This document shows positions 29,201 through 39,178 of a stretch of 64,000 nt of DNA, one piece after another. The stretch spans positions 1,440 to 65,439 of the forward strand of contig JBKPDO010000166.1 in the NCBI GenBank assembly GCA_046727955.1, written 5' to 3'. This DNA is from a bacterium (GTDB taxonomy: Bacteria; Actinomycetota; CALGFH01). The position numbers were made by a program, and so were the translations under genes. Each line of letters opens with the position of its first letter. The stretch's first letter is position 1. The notes beneath the pieces were generated by a model. It was not told the DNA's origin and searched no databases. It saw nothing but the letters and a program-made list of their open reading frames with translations.

Positions 29201-29499
29201 GCCTGGGCGGCAGCGTGCTGGCGCCGGAGATCGGCGCCGACCTGGGCAATGCCCTGGCAGCCCTGGGTCTGGGGACCGAGGTGCTCGATGAACGCGGCAT
29301 CCCGCCGTCGCCCTGGCTGGAGGCGACCAGGGCACTGGCCAGCGGCAGGCCGGACCGCGCCGCCGAGCTGTACGACCGCATCGGGGCTGTCCCCGAGGCA
29401 GCCACTGCGTGGAGAGGCGGGGGGACTCCGAACCGCGGAGGGACCCAGGCCCCCCCGCGAACCCCCCCAGGGGGGGCGGGCTCTGCCCGCGATTCCTAG
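26215..29499 (+). CDS. Cyclase-like + AAA/STAND ATPase + TPR protein, paralog lacking the SARP head
   Basis: ERKLVTVLLAE, GAAGMGKSRL, IEDAHWAG, GNPLFAEE; C-terminus runs into a G/C-rich repeat. Confidence 0.88.
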   Translation: MADPQPPGEQPSHAERKLVTVLLAEVDEAAGSWDEPDPEDVDWALTGHAARVHDQVRRFGGVVEHRLGGRTLAVFGLPRTREDDPARAVLAALAIRDALGGPAGAARPRLAVSTGMALVRLGGQVPSGQRVLGDPIAICARLLEVAPPGAVLVTEPTLRASERAIPYGPASLVTLRGGEPQAVWSPLAISPPGQRRFPPLVARDAELAILVERLAQARSARSPRLVTLLGAAGMGKSRLLAELAAAVQGGPELVAWRQGRSSPYGAMALGPLAEVVKAEAGILESDSAQEVERKLLATAERVLDGHSADVGRTATHLLTLVGASAAGSDTAQVQLDDGDRREEMLAAWRRFLYALAVRRPLVLAIEDAHWAGDALLDFLESLVDPEIAAQAGPTALLVVVTARPELAERRAGWGLAEKGVGSVVRLEPLPPSAIAGLLAALLEHHGLSGRGRTAPELLERVGGNPLFAEEYVRMLRDRGLRTEELKNAVAGEPPAMGAPELPLPETVHAIIAARLDALPSDEKAVLQDAAVLGQVGWVGALAEIGERERATLQARLLRLESRELLQVSDRSQVAGEVEYAFRNVLVRDVAYDQTLRADRARKHLKVATWLERLGGDRAGERADLLAYHYRAALDLGRAAGLQVPGLQLRARAALREAGDRAAALGLHASAARAYTEAVGLCAPDPRDPERPALLLRLGRARCRAEGAGEEELSAARDLFLARDEPVPAAEAEMLLGELAFLGGRGDERAARLDRALALIGGAAPSPTKAAVLRGCMFHLAMANRHAEARAVAAEVLELARQLGLRDFEADALGTIGLARVDAGDPGGVADLSAAIAAFDALGTSGSVAWHLNLAYALAALGDLAGCHAELAAAARGAERFGLLRAARAIRLQRVAEYYWTGRWDEAVAVVDVLVAGSPGEERHYLEWECRLWRGRIRLARGDLDGALADSVRALELARRAADLMALNPALAFRTSVLLAAGQVPEAREAVAELLASLGGSVLAPEIGADLGNALAALGLGTEVLDERGIPPSPWLEATRALASGRPDRAAELYDRIGAVPEAATAWRGGGTPNRGGTQAPPRTPPGGAGSARDS

Positions 29500-29582
29500 C
29501 ACTCATCAAATCAACGACACACGCGCCTTTTGGGCGCGTGTGTCGTTACCAACGCATTAGTCGTGGGTGCGAGAGTCGCAGC

Positions 29583-30080
29583 ATGCGCTACTCGAGTCCC
29601 AGGCACCTGCCGGATCCGCCGCCGCACGAGTGGGCGGCGCTGACCGGCCAGCCTCTGCTCATCGCCGTCACCATCGTCATCGGTGGACTCCTGGCGACGG
29701 CGCTCACCAGGCACGGCGACTCGGCCGAGACCGATACCGCCGCACCGCCCGAGACCACTGGCGCGCCCCCCAGCCTGCCGCCGCCCACGGCGAGCGCTCC
29801 CGCCGCGAAGCCGGCGCCGGGCGAGCCCACTCCCAGCTCGCCCGCGTCCGGTAGCTCCGCCGTGGGCGGCGGCAACCTGCTCGACAACCCCGGCTTCGAG
29901 GACGACCTCAACGAGATGGACAAGACCATGCCGATGTGCGACCTGCCCTTCACCGGGACACGCGGCGGCACGCCGCTGTTCCTCGGCGGTGGTGGGCTGG
30001 TCGTGCTCGGCACCCTGGCCCTGGTGCTCGCCACCCGCCGCGCCCGCAAGCAGGACAGCGCGGGGGAGCGAGCGGCCTGA
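29583..30080 (+). CDS. Proline-rich membrane protein with LPFTG sortase-like signal, probably internally deleted
   Basis: N-terminal TM, GNLLDNPGFE (CBM-like start), LPFTG + hydrophobic helix + RRARK. Confidence 0.5.
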   Translation: MRYSSPRHLPDPPPHEWAALTGQPLLIAVTIVIGGLLATALTRHGDSAETDTAAPPETTGAPPSLPPPTASAPAAKPAPGEPTPSSPASGSSAVGGGNLLDNPGFEDDLNEMDKTMPMCDLPFTGTRGGTPLFLGGGGLVVLGTLALVLATRRARKQDSAGERAA

Positions 30081-30111
30081 CCTGGGCCGCTGGAACGAAA
30101 GGGATGCGCCG

Positions 30112-31128
30112 ATGGCTGCCGCACTGCCGCCTTGGTCACCGCAGCCGGTCCCGGACAACATCCCCCTCGGCCCGGCACCCGAAGCGGGACCGAGCTACGC
30201 AGGTAGCCTGCGTCGGCAGGCGGCGGCCTTCAGCGCATCCCCAGATCGTCCCAGCGACCTCCCAGCCGGAAGCGTGGGCGGTGCCTTCCCCGCACCGCCC
30301 GAAGAGCCCCCGATGCCTGGGCCGGCGGGGCTTCCTCCGCCCCCGCAGCCCCGTCGGCCCAGCTTTCTCCCAGCCGCCGTGGACGACAGCCAGACCCACG
30401 ACGGCCGAGCCCGCGACGGCGAGCACCTCGCCGCCATCGCCCATGAGCTGCGCACCCCCCTGACGAGCATCATGGCCATGCTCCGAACTGTTGAGCAGCA
30501 CGGCCCCCAGCTCGGCCTCGTGCAGGTCATCGACTACGCCAGTACTGGGCTCAAGCAGGCAAAACGGCTCAACAACATGATCGACCAGCTCCTGGCCACC
30601 GCGGAGCCACGGCGGGCGAGGACCGGGCCCGACCGGGCCGAGCGCGAGCTGGTCGACGCCGCCGGCCTCGCCCGTCAGGCGGGGCACGTGGCCAGCCTGA
30701 CCTACCCGGGCAGGCCCGTGGCGGTCGAGGTCGGCGGCCCCCTGCAGGTGCACGTAGACCCGAACCAGGTCCTCGAGGTGCTCGACAACCTGCTCGGCAA
30801 CGCCGACAAGTACACGCCGCCCGGCACGCCGATCTGGGTGGAGGCGGACCGCTCCGGCGGCAGGGCGGTGGTGGCGGTCGAGGACGCCGGGCCCGGGGTG
30901 CCGCGGCGCGAGCGCGAGCACATCTTCGAGCAGTTCACCCGCTTGGACGACGGGCCGTGCCAGGACTCGCGCGGCCTCGGGCTGGGCCTGACGATCGCCC
31001 GCCAGCTCGCCCGTGCCCAGGGCGGCGAGCTGGTCGCCGTCGACCCCAGACGCCCGGCGGGCGGGGCCCGCTTCGAGCTCCGCCTACCCCTGGCCCCTGC
31101 CCGGCGCGAGCTCAGGCCAGTCGTCTAG
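30112..31128 (+). CDS. Histidine kinase (HisKA + HATPase_c) with no recognisable sensor domain
   Basis: AHELRTPLT, LDNLLGNADKY, EDAGPGV, GLGLGLTI; Pro-rich N-terminus; start uncertain. Confidence 0.85.
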   Translation: MAAALPPWSPQPVPDNIPLGPAPEAGPSYAGSLRRQAAAFSASPDRPSDLPAGSVGGAFPAPPEEPPMPGPAGLPPPPQPRRPSFLPAAVDDSQTHDGRARDGEHLAAIAHELRTPLTSIMAMLRTVEQHGPQLGLVQVIDYASTGLKQAKRLNNMIDQLLATAEPRRARTGPDRAERELVDAAGLARQAGHVASLTYPGRPVAVEVGGPLQVHVDPNQVLEVLDNLLGNADKYTPPGTPIWVEADRSGGRAVVAVEDAGPGVPRREREHIFEQFTRLDDGPCQDSRGLGLGLTIARQLARAQGGELVAVDPRRPAGGARFELRLPLAPARRELRPVV

Positions 31129-31144
31129 GTGCCGAGGGGCGCCT

Positions 31145-31405
31145 TTAGGCCGCCGCCTCCTCCTGCTCCCGCGGCTCGTGCTCGTGGGCCGCGGCGAGCA
31201 GGTCGCCGACCATGCCGGTGCGCGCGCCCGGCTGCCTGAGGTGGTCGCCCGCGTGGTCGTAGTAGCCCTTGACGCGCCAGTGCATGTCCACCGATGGGAT
31301 GCCGTGCTCGGTGACCATGTGCTCCTCAACCGACCCGGGTGGATAGAAGTAGACCGACTCTGTCCCGACGTGGGTCCAGAGCGCGTACTCAGGCGCTTCG
31401 ATCAT
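31145..31405 (-). CDS. Small His-rich hypothetical protein
   Basis: 86 aa, GC3-biased codons; EHMVTEH, MHW, DHAGDH and HEH motifs. Confidence 0.6.
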   Translation of the reverse strand: MIEAPEYALWTHVGTESVYFYPPGSVEEHMVTEHGIPSVDMHWRVKGYYDHAGDHLRQPGARTGMVGDLLAAAHEHEPREQEEAAA

Positions 31406-31661
31406 CGGTGCCGCTCGGGTCCCCGTCTGACGCACGACGCACGATGCTGACGCTCCTCTCTGTTCCACGTGTGTCCTACGAGGTTCACCCGTCGGCCCGC
31501 GCCCGACCGCGTGGCCAGCGCCCATCCCGCCCCCCGGCCGGCTGGAGTCTTGGCATGCCCGCTAGCTGCAACACCGGTCCCCATCAGGAGCTGGGCACAC
31601 GTAGTGGTCCACCACGCGCCGCGGACCAGACCCGCGGACCGCGGACCGACCATTGGCGTGT

Positions 31662-32465
31662 CTAGCCGAGCCTGGCGCGGCGGCGGAAGGCGAGCACGGT
31701 CAGGCCGAAGGTCAGGGCACAGAACAGGCCGACGGCGAGCAGGCCCTTGCCGATCACCTCGGCGTTGACGCCGAAGATGAAGCTGCGCGCGGCCTCGAGG
31801 ACGTAGGTGATGGGGTTGGCGGCGACCGCGGCCTTGAACCAGCCGGTCATCAGCTGCCGCGGCAGCGTGCCCGGGGTCAGGAACAGCAACGGAAAGAAGA
31901 TCACGAAGGCCGTCTGGGTCGCCCGCACCGAGCCGGTCGCCAGCGCGATCGCCACGCTGATGGCGGCGAAGCCGACGCCGAACAGGATCGTCAGCCCGAG
32001 CAGGCCGAGCTCGCCCAACCCCGCCGGCCCGTCGAAGCGCACGCCGATGGCCAAGCCGAAGGCGATCAGCAGCACGCTGTAGCCGATCACCGCGACCGCC
32101 TCGCCCATCAGCGTGCCGATCACCATCGCGGAACGGTGCACCGGCGTGAGGCTCAGCTTGTCCCAGTAGCCGTTGGCGATGTCGAGCACCAGGGCGTTCC
32201 CGCCGGCGGTGTTGGCGGCGGCGAACAGCACCGCGACCGGGAGCTGGAAGGCCGCGTAGTCGGGGATCCCAAAGGCCCGCTCCGCCACCTTGCCGAGGGC
32301 GCCGATCTGAACCACGAAGAAGAACAGCGGGATGGTCAGCGCCGGGATGAAGGACTCCGGCTCGCGCAGCAACCCGCGGACCGACCGTCCGGTCATGGCG
32401 ATCACGTCGGACAGGAACCCGGCCGGCGCGGCGAGCGTGCGCGGCTCGGCTGCGATTGTCGTCAT
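31662..32465 (-). CDS. ABC-2 type permease
   Basis: Six TM segments, NPITYVLEAAR; ATGA-coupled to the ATPase. Confidence 0.9.
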   Translation of the reverse strand: MTTIAAEPRTLAAPAGFLSDVIAMTGRSVRGLLREPESFIPALTIPLFFFVVQIGALGKVAERAFGIPDYAAFQLPVAVLFAAANTAGGNALVLDIANGYWDKLSLTPVHRSAMVIGTLMGEAVAVIGYSVLLIAFGLAIGVRFDGPAGLGELGLLGLTILFGVGFAAISVAIALATGSVRATQTAFVIFFPLLFLTPGTLPRQLMTGWFKAAVAANPITYVLEAARSFIFGVNAEVIGKGLLAVGLFCALTFGLTVLAFRRRARLG

Positions 32466-33454
32466 GCGCTGCTCCTCACACGCTCACCGTCCCGGCTGGC
32501 GGCGGACAGGCGCCCGCCGGTCGCCGCGAGGAAGACGTCGTCCAGGGTCGGGCGGGACACGCTGATCGGCCCGGTGGTGATGCCGGCGCGGTCGAGGCCG
32601 CGGACGATCGTGGCGATCATCCTCGGCCCGTCCGGGACGAACAGGGTGTAGCCCGCCGTGGTCCCGCGCAGCTCACCGTCGGGCAGCTCGCCGCTGGACT
32701 GCATCTCCAAGATGGCGACGCGGGCGGCGCCCGCCTCGCGGTCGTCGACAGCGATGTCGATCACGTCCGCGCCGACCTCGGCCTTGAGCGACTCTGGCGT
32801 GCCCTCGCGGACGATCAGGCCGACGTCGATGATCCCCACCCGGTCGGCGAGCTGGTCGGCCTCCTCCAGGTACTGCGTGGTCAGGAAGATGGTCGCGCCG
32901 AACTGCTGCCGCAGGTAGCGCATCCGGTCCCAGATCAGGCTCCGCGAGGTGGGGTCCAAGCCGGTGGTGGGCTCGTCCAGGAACAGCACCCGTGGCCGGT
33001 GCAGCAACGACGACGCGAGGTCCAGGCGGCGCTTCATGCCGCCGGAATAGCCCTGGATGCGCCGGTCGATGGCATCGGTCAGGCCGACCAGCTCGGTCAC
33101 CTCGTGGACCTGCTGCACGAGCAGCTTGCCCCGGAGGCCGTACAGGCGGGCCTGCAGCGTGAGCAGCTCACGGCCGGTCTGCTTGGGGTCGAGGCCAGCC
33201 TCCTGCAAGGCGACGCCGATCAGGCGCCTCACCGTCGTCTGATCGCGGACGACGTCGTGTCCGAGCACCGACCCGGAACCAGAGGTCGGCTCGAGGAGGG
33301 TGGTTAGAATGCGAACAGTGGTCGATTTCCCAGCGCCGTTCGGGCCGAGGAAGCCGTAGATCTCGCCCTCCTCGATCTGGAGGCTGACCCCACGGACAGC
33401 CTCGACCTCGCCGAAACGGCGCACCAGGTCAATGGCTTCGATAGCGATTGGCAT
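32462..33454 (-). CDS. ABC transporter ATP-binding protein (DrrA-like)
   Basis: [42 protein letters not shown]. Confidence 0.93.
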   Translation of the reverse strand: MPIAIEAIDLVRRFGEVEAVRGVSLQIEEGEIYGFLGPNGAGKSTTVRILTTLLEPTSGSGSVLGHDVVRDQTTVRRLIGVALQEAGLDPKQTGRELLTLQARLYGLRGKLLVQQVHEVTELVGLTDAIDRRIQGYSGGMKRRLDLASSLLHRPRVLFLDEPTTGLDPTSRSLIWDRMRYLRQQFGATIFLTTQYLEEADQLADRVGIIDVGLIVREGTPESLKAEVGADVIDIAVDDREAGAARVAILEMQSSGELPDGELRGTTAGYTLFVPDGPRMIATIVRGLDRAGITTGPISVSRPTLDDVFLAATGGRLSAASRDGERVRSSA

Positions 33455-33518
33455 TCCACGAGTGTAGAGAACACCACCGACAACGCCCACCGAATACGGC
33501 GACTCCGCGATCCGGAAC

Positions 33519-35303
33519 CTATCGTCCCGCCGCGTAGCCTTGGCGGCCGCGCGGGTTGGCGGCGGCCATCAGGAAGCCGGTCCTGGGGTCGCGGCCGACC
33601 ACGCACATGCGCCCCAGGGACCACGGGCCCGACACCTCGACCAAGTGACCGCGCCTCCGCAGCTCGTCGATGACCTTGCTGCCGATGCGCTCCTCGACCA
33701 CCAGGACGCCGGACCTAGCCTGGCGGGGCCAGAACGAGCTGGGGAAGTGCTCGGTGTGAAAAGTCGGTGCGTCGATAGCTTCCTGCAGGTCGAGGTCGGT
33801 GTGGACCGCGTGCAGAAACGTTGAGTTGAGAGACCACTGGTCCTGCTGGTCGCCGCCTGGGGTGCCGAAGGCGAGCCAGGGCCTGCCGTCGCGCAGGGCC
33901 AGGCTCGGGGTCAGGGTCGTGCGCGGGCGTTTGCCGGGCTCCAGCGAGCTGGGCAGGCCCTCGGTGAGCCAGAGCATCTGCCCGCGGGTCCCCAGACAGA
34001 AGCCCAGCTCCGGGATGACCGGCGAGCTGTGCAGCCAGCCGCCGCTGGGCGTACAGGCGACCATGTTGCCGAAGCGGTCCGCCACGCCCACGTGACAGGT
34101 ATCGCGGTCGCCCAGCATCGTCGTCGGCTCGCCCGCCCCCGTGCCCAGCTCGGCCGCCTCGGGCCGGAAGGCCTCCAGCACCATCGGCGGCAGGCGCGGC
34201 TCGCGACCGCCGACCGCTCCGGGGCGCAGCTCAAGCGAGGCCTGCTCGCTGACGAGCGCGCGGCGGCTCGCGGCGTAGGCGGGGTCGAGCAGGCCGGCGA
34301 GCGGGACGTCGACCAGGGCCGGGTCGCCGTACCAGGCCTCGCGGTCGGCGAACGCGAGCTTGGCGCACTCGACCACGGTGTGGAGGTAGTCTGCGCTGCC
34401 GACGCCCATCTCCTCCAGGTCGAAGCCGGCGAGCAGGGCGAGCTGCTGCAGGAACACCGGCCCCTGCCCCCACGGGCCGGTCTTGCAGACGCGCACCCCG
34501 TGGTAGTCGAAGGTGGCCGGCTGCTCGAGGGTGGCCCGCCAGCGCGCGAGGTCGTCGCCGCCGAGCAGGCCGCGGTGACGGCGGCCGGTCACGTCCAGGA
34601 CCTCGCTGCTCTGCGAGAAGCGGTCGATCGCCTCGGCCACAAACCCTTCGTAGAACGCATGGACCGCTGCGTCGATCTGTGCGTCGCGGTTGCTGGAGGC
34701 GGCCTCGGCCTCGGCCAGGACGCGCCGCCAGGTCGCCGCCAGTGCCTGGTTGCGGAGCATGCCGCCGGCCTGGGGGACGCCGCCGGCCAGGTAGGTAGCG
34801 GCCGACGAGGTCCACTCCTCCCGGAAGAGCCGCTCCACGCTCGCGATGGTCGAGGCGATCTTCGGGAGCACTGGATAGCCGGTCTCGGCGTAGCCGATGG
34901 CGTATTCGAGGACCTCGCGGGGCCGCATGGTGCCGAGCGCGGCGAGCAGCAGGAGCCAGCCGCCGAAGGCCCCGGGGACGCAGGCGGGCAGCAGGCCGGA
35001 GCCCGGGACGAGGTCGAGGCCCAGGTTGCGGAAGTGGCCGATGGTGGCCGCGGCGGGGGCCGGGCCCTGCCCGTTCACGACCAGCACGCGGTCGTGCTCG
35101 GCGCTGTAGGCGAGAATCGGCACCTCGCCACCGGGCCCGTTCAGGTGCGGCTCGACCACCTGGAGCACGAAGCCAGCGGCCACGGCGGCGTCGAAGGCGT
35201 TGCCGCCCTTCTCCAGCACCGCCATGCCGGCGGCGGAGGCGAGCCAATGGGTGGACGACACCATCCCGAAGGTGCCGCGCAGCTCAGGTCGTGTCCCCGA
35301 CAC
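33519..35303 (-). CDS. ggt: Gamma-glutamyltransferase family protein
   Basis: TRPELRGTFGMVSSTHWLAS, GNAFDAAVA, DTCH, GTPGGDQQ. Confidence 0.9.
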   Translation of the reverse strand: MSGTRPELRGTFGMVSSTHWLASAAGMAVLEKGGNAFDAAVAAGFVLQVVEPHLNGPGGEVPILAYSAEHDRVLVVNGQGPAPAAATIGHFRNLGLDLVPGSGLLPACVPGAFGGWLLLLAALGTMRPREVLEYAIGYAETGYPVLPKIASTIASVERLFREEWTSSAATYLAGGVPQAGGMLRNQALAATWRRVLAEAEAASSNRDAQIDAAVHAFYEGFVAEAIDRFSQSSEVLDVTGRRHRGLLGGDDLARWRATLEQPATFDYHGVRVCKTGPWGQGPVFLQQLALLAGFDLEEMGVGSADYLHTVVECAKLAFADREAWYGDPALVDVPLAGLLDPAYAASRRALVSEQASLELRPGAVGGREPRLPPMVLEAFRPEAAELGTGAGEPTTMLGDRDTCHVGVADRFGNMVACTPSGGWLHSSPVIPELGFCLGTRGQMLWLTEGLPSSLEPGKRPRTTLTPSLALRDGRPWLAFGTPGGDQQDQWSLNSTFLHAVHTDLDLQEAIDAPTFHTEHFPSSFWPRQARSGVLVVEERIGSKVIDELRRRGHLVEVSGPWSLGRMCVVGRDPRTGFLMAAANPRGRQGYAAGR

Positions 35304-35476
35304 TCCGCTGGGTCTCCTTGGCTTCGGTTTGCGGAGACTACGTGCAGTTCGCCGCAACTGTATGCCGCGATCGCCGAGCGAAGGAGCCCAATTCGCTTGA
35401 CCGTTCCGGGGTCGAACGCGGACCATCGGCGGGCGGCGCCTGTAAGTAGCCGCCACGACTCCAGGAATGATCCGTC

Positions 35477-37120
<1,644 letters not shown>

Positions 37121-37318
37121 GATAGGTAAAGTCCTCGTACCTGGCGACACCAGTGCCGCGCGGCCGGCCGCGCGGCGGCACGGACAGCTCACTGAGGATC
37201 GGCTGCGAGCGTACCTCGGCGACGAGGCCGGCTCGAAAGGCTGACGATGCGCTACCCTCGCCTGGTCCCTCAGGATCTAGCAACAGCTTGCCGCCCTGCC
37301 GCCCCGGAGGTTTTCCAT

Positions 37319-38008
37319 ATGGCCGACGCCAACCTGGTGCCGATCGTCATCGAGCAGACCAGCCGTGGCGAGCGCTCCTTCGACATCTTCTCCCGGCTCC
37401 TCAAGGACCGGATCATCTTCCTCGGCACGCCCATCGACGACACCATCGCCAACCTGGTGATGGCCCAGCTCCTGCACCTGGAGGCCGAGGACCCCGAGAA
37501 GGACATCAACCTCTACATCAACTCGCCCGGCGGCTCGATCACCGACCTACTGGCGATCTACGACACGATGCAGTACGTCAAGCCCGACATCTCCACCATC
37601 TGCATGGGCATGGCCGCCTCGGCCGCCGCGGTGATCCTGGCCGCCGGCACCAAGGGCAAGCGCTTCGCCCTGCCGCACTCGACCATCCTCATCCACCAGC
37701 CGTCGGGCGGTGCCCGCGGCCAGTCGGCCGACATCGAGATCCAGGCGCGCGAGATCCTGCGCCTGCGCAGGCTGCTGGACGAGATCATGGCCGAGCACAC
37801 CGGCCAGACGGTGGAGAAGATCTCCAAGGACACCGACCGCGACTTCATCATGACGGCCGACCAGGCCAAGGAGTACGGGATGGTCGACGAGATCATCACC
37901 ACGCGGCAGGTCGTCCCGGTGATCGCCTCCAGCACCGCCCCCGCCGGCGTCTCGCGGCCCACCGGCGACGGCAGCCCCGAGCCGACCGCCGCGCCGCCGG
38001 CCTCCTGA
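37319..38008 (+). CDS. clpP: ATP-dependent Clp protease proteolytic subunit
   Basis: [37 protein letters not shown]. Confidence 0.96.
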   Translation: MADANLVPIVIEQTSRGERSFDIFSRLLKDRIIFLGTPIDDTIANLVMAQLLHLEAEDPEKDINLYINSPGGSITDLLAIYDTMQYVKPDISTICMGMAASAAAVILAAGTKGKRFALPHSTILIHQPSGGARGQSADIEIQAREILRLRRLLDEIMAEHTGQTVEKISKDTDRDFIMTADQAKEYGMVDEIITTRQVVPVIASSTAPAGVSRPTGDGSPEPTAAPPAS

Positions 38009-38022
38009 CCCACCCGTCCCTC

Positions 38023-38682
38023 ATGCCGCTCGCCGCCCAGGTCGTCTTCGACCTGGACGGCGTCATCGTCGACTCCGAGCCGACCCACGAGCGGGCGACC
38101 GACGAGTACCTGGCCGGCTTGGGCGCGGCCGTCGACCAGCGCCTGCGCGACGACATGATGGGCCGGCGGGTGCGCGAGCTGACCGATGCGATCGCCGCCC
38201 TGCTGGGCCGGCGGCCCGACGAGGTCCTGGCCGAGCGCGAGGCCGTCTTCTGGCGCCTGCTCGAGGAGGGGGAGGGGCTCGAGCCCATGCCCGGGCTGCA
38301 CCGGGCGATTGCGCGGCTGACCGACGCCGGGCTGCCGCTGGCGGTGGCCACCTCGGCGACTCGCGCCTACGTCGAGCACGTGCTGGAGCGGCTGGGCGTG
38401 CGCGCCGCCTTCAAGGCGGTCGTCTCCGGCGAGGACGTGGTCCACGGCAAGCCGGACCCCGAGGTCTACTTGCGCGCGGCGGCTCTGCTCGGCGCGGACC
38501 CGACCGACTGCGCGGCCATCGAGGACACCTTCCACGGGGTCATGGCGGCGCGCGCCGCCGGCATGCGGGTCGTGGCCGTGCCGAATGCCCTCACCGCCAC
38601 CATGGACTTCAGCGCCGCCGACGCCGTCGTGCCGGATCTCGACGCCGCCGCCAGCGAGATCCTTGGGGGATGTCTGGACTGA
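38023..38682 (+). CDS. HAD family phosphatase (subfamily IA)
   Basis: FDLDGVIVDSE, VATS, GKPDPEVY, IEDT. Confidence 0.9.
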   Translation: MPLAAQVVFDLDGVIVDSEPTHERATDEYLAGLGAAVDQRLRDDMMGRRVRELTDAIAALLGRRPDEVLAEREAVFWRLLEEGEGLEPMPGLHRAIARLTDAGLPLAVATSATRAYVEHVLERLGVRAAFKAVVSGEDVVHGKPDPEVYLRAAALLGADPTDCAAIEDTFHGVMAARAAGMRVVAVPNALTATMDFSAADAVVPDLDAAASEILGGCLD

Positions 38683-38713
38683 TACAGGAGCCACGAGGTC
38701 TCGCGCGGTCCTC

Positions 38714-38815
38714 GTTCCATGTGGGGGAGCTCGCTCCCCCCACGGCGCGCGCTCCGCGCGCCGGGCAGATCGATCCATGTGGGGGGAGCTCGCTCCCCCC
38801 ACGGCCCCCCAAGAC
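38714..38815. repeat. REP-like palindrome pair gtggggg(g)agctcgctccccccac
   Basis: Copies at 38721 and 38779; same motif at 52138, 55520 and 55600. Confidence 0.9.
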
Positions 38816-38893
38816 CCGGCCCCCTTGCCACTCCTCCTGGGACGGCCGCTCCGTCATCCCTCCCGTCATCCCTGAGGGTCAAGGGGCTGAGGG

Positions 38894-39178
38894 TCAAGGG
38901 GGTCGGGGGGCGTCCCGGGGGTCCGGGGAACTGGTCTCGCGCTCCTCGATCCGCTCGACCGTGACGCCCTGCTCGCGGAGCCAGGCCTCGGCGCGGTCCA
39001 CTTCCGCCCGCGGGCCCCTGAGCTCCAGCAGGAACCAGGCCACCCCGGCCTCCACGTCCACGTTGGCGCGGTGGACATTGACTACGGCGCCGCTGGAGTG
39101 GGCCAGCCCGTGGAGCACGGGCCGCTGCACCAGCTCGGGCGGGAGCGAGCAGTGCACCAGGCGCCGGATCTCGCTCAT
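38894..39178 (-). CDS. NIL domain protein
   Basis: LVQRPVLHGL...VNVHRANV...WFLLELRG...AEAWLREQGVTVE; ATGA overlap with larE. Confidence 0.75.
   Translation of the reverse strand: MSEIRRLVHCSLPPELVQRPVLHGLAHSSGAVVNVHRANVDVEAGVAWFLLELRGPRAEVDRAEAWLREQGVTVERIEERETSSPDPRDAPRPP

Noticed and set aside
27172-29502. 776-aa antisense ORF (and similar long ORFs such as 20012-22525, 9087-10607, 34029-35498)
   Set aside because: Shadow frames of real genes in GC-rich DNA; Ala/Arg/Pro/Gly-rich with no motifs
29496-29504. Second CIRCE (ctagcactc)
   Set aside because: Half-site only; no GAGTGCTAA arm
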